Sequence record: OM868075.1
Length of the DNA: 32,000 nucleotides
Source of the DNA: Hafnia phage yong3
Strand: one strand, 5' to 3'
The number at the start of each line of letters is the position of its first letter. Positions within the stretch are counted from its first letter, which is position 1. Shown here in pieces: positions 27,069 through 32,000 of the stretch. Both the position numbers and the translations under genes were made by a program. The notes under the pieces were generated by a model, which saw nothing but the letters and a program-made list of their open reading frames with translations, ran no database searches and was not told where the DNA came from.

Positions 27069-27908
27069 TTAGTTCTGTTCGGTTGAAGCTGGATCCATGT
27101 TCTGAAGTTCAGCTGGCAGTGGAACCGGAACGCGGCCAACAATACCGTTAAACTTCTTCCAGCGGGCATACTGAGTTTTCACAGTATCTTCGTTCAAACC
27201 GTAACGGGTAGCAACTGCCAACACGTTAGAGATCGGAGCAGGCTGGCCCAGAGTGTTACTAATCTGATCCATCAGAGCCCATGCTTTACCACATGAAGTC
27301 TCAGGAGTTGGGCGGCGTACACCGTTCTGTTCAGGCTGACGGGTCTTTTCTTTTTCTGCTTCACGTGCCAGGCGTTCGGCTTCTTTTTCAGCGGCTTTCT
27401 TGGCAGCTTTAGCAGCGGTGATCTTGTCTTTCAGACCTTTCACACCTTCTTCCAAACCAGTTACCAGCGATTCAGCAACGGTAACAGCTTGAGCTAAGCC
27501 ATCGTCGTCTTTAGCTTTGCGGACAGAAGCTTTAACAGCTTTCAGGGCAGTCTTAGCGTTTTTCAGCGCTTCGGCAGCGGCGTCGCTAGCTGTAACAATC
27601 TGGTCGACTGTAGATTCTTCGGTCAAAGTTGCAATAGCAGCTTTACCTGTTTCAACGGCAGTAGACACGTCGTTGTACTTGGTTTCAACTTCGGTACGGA
27701 TTTCAGCTAATTTCTCGGCAGCTTTCTTAGCCTTGTCTTCAGCTTTCTTTTTGTCAGCTTCAATTTTAGCTGCGGCAGCGGCTTCAGCAGCTGCTTTCTT
27801 TTTCGCTTCAGCGTCGATATCTGCTGGGGCTTGTGCTGGGGTTGCTGCTGCTGCGGCTGCGGCGGCTGCTGCTTTCTTTTCTGCGGCGGTCAATTTTTGC
27901 TCGGACAT
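27069..27908 (-). CDS. Ala/Lys-rich coiled-coil protein with compact C-terminal domain
   Basis: 279 aa; TolA/H1-like AAA/KK repeats, C-terminal 'SCGKAWALMDQISNTLGQPAPISNVLAVATRYGLNEDTVKTQYARWKKFNGIVG' HTH-like region; AGGAG upstream. Confidence 0.75.
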   Translation of the reverse strand: MSEQKLTAAEKKAAAAAAAAAATPAQAPADIDAEAKKKAAAEAAAAAKIEADKKKAEDKAKKAAEKLAEIRTEVETKYNDVSTAVETGKAAIATLTEESTVDQIVTASDAAAEALKNAKTALKAVKASVRKAKDDDGLAQAVTVAESLVTGLEEGVKGLKDKITAAKAAKKAAEKEAERLAREAEKEKTRQPEQNGVRRPTPETSCGKAWALMDQISNTLGQPAPISNVLAVATRYGLNEDTVKTQYARWKKFNGIVGRVPVPLPAELQNMDPASTEQN

Positions 27909-28031
27909 CTTTAGTTCTCCTGAAATTAAATGGGGTCTGTGTTACCAACGAGAGCAACTTTAGCAAACCAATTTGTGAACTGCAATACTTTACAACGATA
28001 AAAATTAAATTATTTTTTGATCAATAGTTTC

Positions 28032-28532
28032 CTAGCTTGATCTTTCCCGACGGTGCGTATATTCCGGTTGTTTTGGTGCTTTGTATTCAATGGATAAATC
28101 GCCGCCGAGAATGGCATTTTCCCGTTCCATTGAATAGGTGCATGTAAGTGGCTTCCAAAGTCCTTCTTCCATGTTTGGAACATCTTTCCGAGGGTCGTAG
28201 CTGCACAGCCCTTGAATATCCCACGTAACACAGAATTCGGCTTGCGCAGCCACACGTTTACTATCAAGGATAGTTTCTGGTAGTTCATTGATATAGTCCG
28301 TTAAAATGTGGTTAACAAGATCGCGGTCATATGGTGCTCCCGCATAGTTTTCAGTTAAGTTAATATACAACAATTGAATCTGAGTTGCATCAAACTGATT
28401 AAATTGATCAGGTTCCAACGGGAACACAGTTTGAGCTTCTGGACAAATAATAACACCCAGCTCAGTCAGTACCGCAAAATCTGGATGCTTTGCAAGTACG
28501 TTCATTTCATCATAATCGATTAAGACGTACAT
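28032..28532 (-). CDS. Hypothetical phage protein
   Basis: 166-aa ORF in tight operon. Confidence 0.6.
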   Translation of the reverse strand: MYVLIDYDEMNVLAKHPDFAVLTELGVIICPEAQTVFPLEPDQFNQFDATQIQLLYINLTENYAGAPYDRDLVNHILTDYINELPETILDSKRVAAQAEFCVTWDIQGLCSYDPRKDVPNMEEGLWKPLTCTYSMERENAILGGDLSIEYKAPKQPEYTHRRERSS

Positions 28533-28741
28533 TATTTAACTCCCACGCCTTCAATATTCCACCATTCGTCTTCAGTACCCATGCGACCGTTTCCACCTTC
28601 GAGAAGATAGTCAGCTGCCTTTTCGGTTACACCCGCTTTAATTAATTGTTCGCAGGTAGGGTAATTGGTATATACATCTACGAAATATTCACCGTCTTGA
28701 TCGTACTGGTTTATTTCACGAGTTAATACGTAAACTTGCAT
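28532..28741 (-). CDS. Small hypothetical protein
   Basis: 69-aa ORF with 1-nt overlaps on both sides. Confidence 0.55.
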   Translation of the reverse strand: MQVYVLTREINQYDQDGEYFVDVYTNYPTCEQLIKAGVTEKAADYLLEGGNGRMGTEDEWWNIEGVGVK

Positions 28742-29094
28742 CAGTTCCCCCTCGTCGCATTGCTAAGGTTGTCCAGCTGAAACGCAATATAGGATAAATG
28801 GTTGCCAATATCTTGGGAGTTCTTATATTCCATCCACGCGGAGATTAATTTATCACGTTCTTCACGGTTAACTTTAAAGGAACACTTGGTGCAGGTGACA
28901 TTTGATAAACCTTCATAACCCTGCGGGCTTTCAATTATAACAATTCGTGACAAATCGACAACTATCCCATTTGCAAGTTCAAACAATGCAAAGCCGTTTG
29001 AAAACTCTGCACCATTAACTTTACGATTAGACATTTTTCTTCCCCTATAAATAAGTAATGCCCCAACTATAGGAGCATTATGATTTGAAGTCAA
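28741..29094 (-). CDS. Hypothetical phage protein
   Basis: 117-aa ORF with CxxC ('VTCTKCSFKVNREERDKL') in tight operon. Confidence 0.6.
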   Translation of the reverse strand: MTSNHNAPIVGALLIYRGRKMSNRKVNGAEFSNGFALFELANGIVVDLSRIVIIESPQGYEGLSNVTCTKCSFKVNREERDKLISAWMEYKNSQDIGNHLSYIAFQLDNLSNATRGN

Positions 29095-31077
29095 TTAGAA
29101 AGGTACATAATCAGCATCGTGTTCTGTTGGGTCGAATGTAGCTCTAACATCCGATACAGCTATGCCCACAGTATTTTGAGCCACTATATCTTCATAGCTT
29201 ACATCGTCATCAATGGTTGCACCTGCTGCCTGTAAGATTGCATTTCCGGAGTAAACTTGAATCGGTCTAGGTTCAACTTTTTCAGGCTTAGCTTCGGTTC
29301 CAAAACATGTCCCATCATAACAATGGTTCATAATTTCAGGGAACTTCTTATTCGTCCAAACTTTGATATGCGTTGGGGTTTTCAGTCCCGATGCAATCTC
29401 AAGCGCATCATCAATAGAAGCGGGTAGCGGGTAGTGTGTACGCTCACGCCACCATTTAGCAGCTTTACGACCTGCCCAGTCAGTACGCATTAAGCTAACC
29501 CATTCGCTGAACGTTTTAGTTCCGCAATAGTAAGTCACTTTCAAGGACGGAGGTGATTCACTATCATTGCGTTTGGTATGCTTCATGTATACAACATGAT
29601 CTACACGGTAGTCGGTGATAACTGGTAATGTATTTTTGATTAGGTCTTGCGTACTCGCTGCCTTCTTCAGCTTAGTTTCAAACTTAAACTCAGCCCCGCA
29701 ATAGTCACGCTTAACGTAATGATCACCTTTCAACACCATACCCTTTCGGGACATTTCAAGCTGATCCGCTTCATGGTATGGGATAGGTTTAATACCGCCA
29801 CAGAAACGCGCCGAAGCATGGTTTTCCATGTTGCAGTGTTTACATTCTTTGATCGGTGCAGTACCGCCGCCCTTTTCGCCCGGACGCTTAGGTAAAACAG
29901 GGTCGTTAATAGGGCCTAGGCGCCGCGTGTTACCGCTAAAGTCCAGCACAAGGCAGTTCTGCTTATGGCTTGCTGCGATCGCGTCCAGGCGTCCCGTTGT
30001 GGTGCTAAGATCAAACCCTTCCGCATAACACGGGCGTGTACCACGACCCAGCATCTGAACCCATAGCCCTGTGGAAGCGGTTGGGCGCAACATGATGATC
30101 ATATCTAGCGCTGGATGGTCGAATCCTGTGGTTAAAACGTTGTTGTTCGTGAGCGCACGATATTCCCCGCGCTTGAACTTCAGGATTTCCTCATCACGCT
30201 CATGCGGTTTCAATTTGGAATGTACGCAACCGCAAGGAACGCCCATATCGTTCAGCATAGAAGCTGCATCAATTGCATGTTCTACACCGGAACAGAATAC
30301 AAGCCAGCTTTGACGGTCTTCACCTAATTCCATCGCTTCTTCTAAAGCGCGAATGGTTGCATCGTCTTTAGTTGCTGCGCTTTGCAGTTCCTTGGCAATA
30401 AACTCCCCGCCGCGCTTACCTACCCCAGAAACGTCGATTTGCATAGTGGTTCGCTTTGGCACTACTGGGAGTAAATATCCCTCATCAAGAAACCAGTTAA
30501 AAGCTTCTACGGTAGTCGCGTCAAAGGTAATCTTATCAAATAACGCGCTTTCATCTTCATCGTCAATCTTAACAATGGAACCGTAGCCCAAACGGTAAGG
30601 GGTAGCAGTCAAACCGATCACTTTAAGATACGGATTCTTTTCACGTATGTCTGCAAAGAACTTCTTATATAACGTTGTTTCGGTCGGGCTAATTAAATGG
30701 GCTTCATCCACCAAGATAAGATCAATCTTACCAAACAGATCCGCCTTCTTACCCACAGATTGGATGCCAGCAAAAGTAATCATGCTATAAGCGTCTTTGC
30801 GCTTCAAACCTGCGCTATATACGCCAGCAGGTGCTTCAGGCCAGACCTGCATGATCTTATCATAGTTCTGTGCAATCAACTCCTTTACATGGGTTAACAT
30901 CATAACGCGCTGGTTAGGATACCATTCGTAAAGCAGTTTCAAGAAATATGCAATAACGATTGATTTCCCTGTACCAGTAGGTAAGGCAATCAAAGGATTG
31001 CCCGCGTCACCTTTTTCCTCGTCAAAGTAACGAAAAATACTGTAAACAGCTTCTCGCTGGTAATCGCGGGGTTTCAT
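29095..31077 (-). CDS. DEAD/DEAH-box superfamily 2 helicase
   Basis: 'PLIALPTGTGKSIVIAYFL' Walker A, 'LILVDEAHLI' DEAH, 'VIGLTATPYRLGYG', 'RPTASTGLWVQMLGRGTRP'. Confidence 0.92.
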   Translation of the reverse strand: MKPRDYQREAVYSIFRYFDEEKGDAGNPLIALPTGTGKSIVIAYFLKLLYEWYPNQRVMMLTHVKELIAQNYDKIMQVWPEAPAGVYSAGLKRKDAYSMITFAGIQSVGKKADLFGKIDLILVDEAHLISPTETTLYKKFFADIREKNPYLKVIGLTATPYRLGYGSIVKIDDEDESALFDKITFDATTVEAFNWFLDEGYLLPVVPKRTTMQIDVSGVGKRGGEFIAKELQSAATKDDATIRALEEAMELGEDRQSWLVFCSGVEHAIDAASMLNDMGVPCGCVHSKLKPHERDEEILKFKRGEYRALTNNNVLTTGFDHPALDMIIMLRPTASTGLWVQMLGRGTRPCYAEGFDLSTTTGRLDAIAASHKQNCLVLDFSGNTRRLGPINDPVLPKRPGEKGGGTAPIKECKHCNMENHASARFCGGIKPIPYHEADQLEMSRKGMVLKGDHYVKRDYCGAEFKFETKLKKAASTQDLIKNTLPVITDYRVDHVVYMKHTKRNDSESPPSLKVTYYCGTKTFSEWVSLMRTDWAGRKAAKWWRERTHYPLPASIDDALEIASGLKTPTHIKVWTNKKFPEIMNHCYDGTCFGTEAKPEKVEPRPIQVYSGNAILQAAGATIDDDVSYEDIVAQNTVGIAVSDVRATFDPTEHDADYVPF

Positions 31078-31986
31078 TTATTCTTTTCCGTAATAGTCGG
31101 CAACTTGATAATCTTTGCAGCCTGCTTTCTGCTGCTCTTTATCAATGGTTGCATTATGGAAATTACAGCGCCATGTTCCGTCTGGGATAGGTTCCGCATA
31201 TTGACAGGTACGGCAGTTCATATCAGGCATAGCTCCGCGCCAGCATAGTGCAGCGCTTTCGCAATACTTACATTCGAACCAAGTAGGCGAAGTGCTTACT
31301 CGTTCAGGTAGCATAATAGAAGTAGAAATACGAATTCCGCGATCAATGTACATATCAGCGCACACAGGATCAAAGGGGAGGATTTCAGCATAAATTTCAT
31401 CATCGTTCTTATTCACCGCTAGATATAATGCAGCGCCTAAGCCTAGCTTACGCATATAAACGTTCATCTGAACATAATGCTCAGGCTTTGCTTCCTTGAC
31501 GCCTTTTGCTTTTACTTTCTTAAATGATTTATCCGAATGGGTTTTCATTTCGGTTAGGACAGGCATTCCCGGCTGCACGTCAGGGCAACCAATAACCACA
31601 CCATCACAAGCGCCACCAAAATGTCCGCCTACTTCAGAAATACGGAATTGCTTACCTTCTGCGTCTTGCTGGTATACCTGCATACCTGCTGCAAGCATTA
31701 ACGCGATAAAGCGGGCTTCTTCCAAGTGACCGCGATTAAATAAGCGTAGCAAGCGACCGCTGTGGTTATTCTTTTGCGCCCAACGATACCCATAAAATAA
31801 AGCACGAGCGCATGGACGTCCGATTAAGCTAGCGCCCAAGTGTGTACGTGAACCGCTTTCTGGGCGGTATGCATCATCCATTGTAGGGATAACGACACCC
31901 AAAAATTCGCGGAACTTGCCACCTTGATCACGCCGGACAGCTTCTTCAAACGCCGCCATTGTCTTTTCAGCTACATAAACAGTCAT
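31078..31986 (-). CDS. PD-(D/E)XK (Cas4/RecB-like) nuclease
   Basis: 'GGACDGVVIG...PVLTEMKTHSDKSFKK' D...ExK core, N-terminal 'RPCARALFYGYRW' and C-terminal 'CKYCESAALCWRG' Cys positions as in Fe-S nucleases. Confidence 0.75.
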   Translation of the reverse strand: MTVYVAEKTMAAFEEAVRRDQGGKFREFLGVVIPTMDDAYRPESGSRTHLGASLIGRPCARALFYGYRWAQKNNHSGRLLRLFNRGHLEEARFIALMLAAGMQVYQQDAEGKQFRISEVGGHFGGACDGVVIGCPDVQPGMPVLTEMKTHSDKSFKKVKAKGVKEAKPEHYVQMNVYMRKLGLGAALYLAVNKNDDEIYAEILPFDPVCADMYIDRGIRISTSIMLPERVSTSPTWFECKYCESAALCWRGAMPDMNCRTCQYAEPIPDGTWRCNFHNATIDKEQQKAGCKDYQVADYYGKE

Positions 31987-32000
31987 TTTAACACCTTAGA

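Noticed and set aside
27517-27963. 148-aa plus-strand ORF
   Set aside because: Antisense shadow of the Ala/Lys-rich minus-strand gene; low-complexity Ala/Ser/Phe sequence.
27909-28031. Sigma70-like promoter TTGCAG-N17-TAAAGT upstream of the Ala/Lys-rich gene
   Set aside because: Match to consensus is weak (3/6 and 4/6) in an AT-rich gap, not enough to call.
28010-28288. 92-aa minus-strand ORF overlapping 28032..28532
   Set aside because: Lies inside a longer ORF in the same direction that has tight operon spacing.
21961-31986. Bacterial-type Dpd restriction-modification island or Cas locus
   Set aside because: Only a DpdA-like protein and preQ0 pathway are present, with none of the other dpd restriction genes recognised; the Cas4-like nuclease has no cas neighbours or repeats.
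1-32000. tRNA genes, rRNA, integrase or transposase
   Set aside because: None recognised by eye; no integrase or transposase motifs in the ORF track. A tRNAscan-SE run would be needed to exclude tRNAs formally.

Overview
This window looks like part of a tailed (siphovirus-type) phage genome with two convergent gene blocks. Block 1 (plus strand, about 1-17014) is the head-tail and tail module: the end of an Ig-like-domain structural protein, head-tail connector genes, major tail protein, tail assembly chaperones with an apparent canonical -1 frameshift site (T_TTT_TTC at 4209-4215), tape measure, minor tail proteins, an NlpC/P60-like protein, a J-like tip protein, an S74-type tail fibre, and several small orphan genes. 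Block 2 (minus strand, 31986 down to 17049) is the replication and DNA-modification module: a PD-(D/E)XK nuclease with Cys clusters, a DEAH helicase, an Ala/Lys-rich protein, QueE, QueC, a YhhQ-like transporter, QueD, FolE, a DpdA-like transglycosylase, a DnaN-like clamp, a family-B-like DNA polymerase, and small membrane or secreted proteins. The most notable system is the near-complete 7-deazaguanine (preQ0) synthesis, import and DNA-insertion set. It resembles that of Seuratvirus/Nonagvirus (Queuovirinae) phages, so it is probably related to known systems rather than wholly new. The less explained parts are the two small unknown ORFs inside the cluster, the structured 124-nt leader upstream of the YhhQ-like gene, and a candidate +1 frameshift extension at the end of the Cys-rich 14758-15456 gene. 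All family assignments come from reading motifs by eye; no database search was run.
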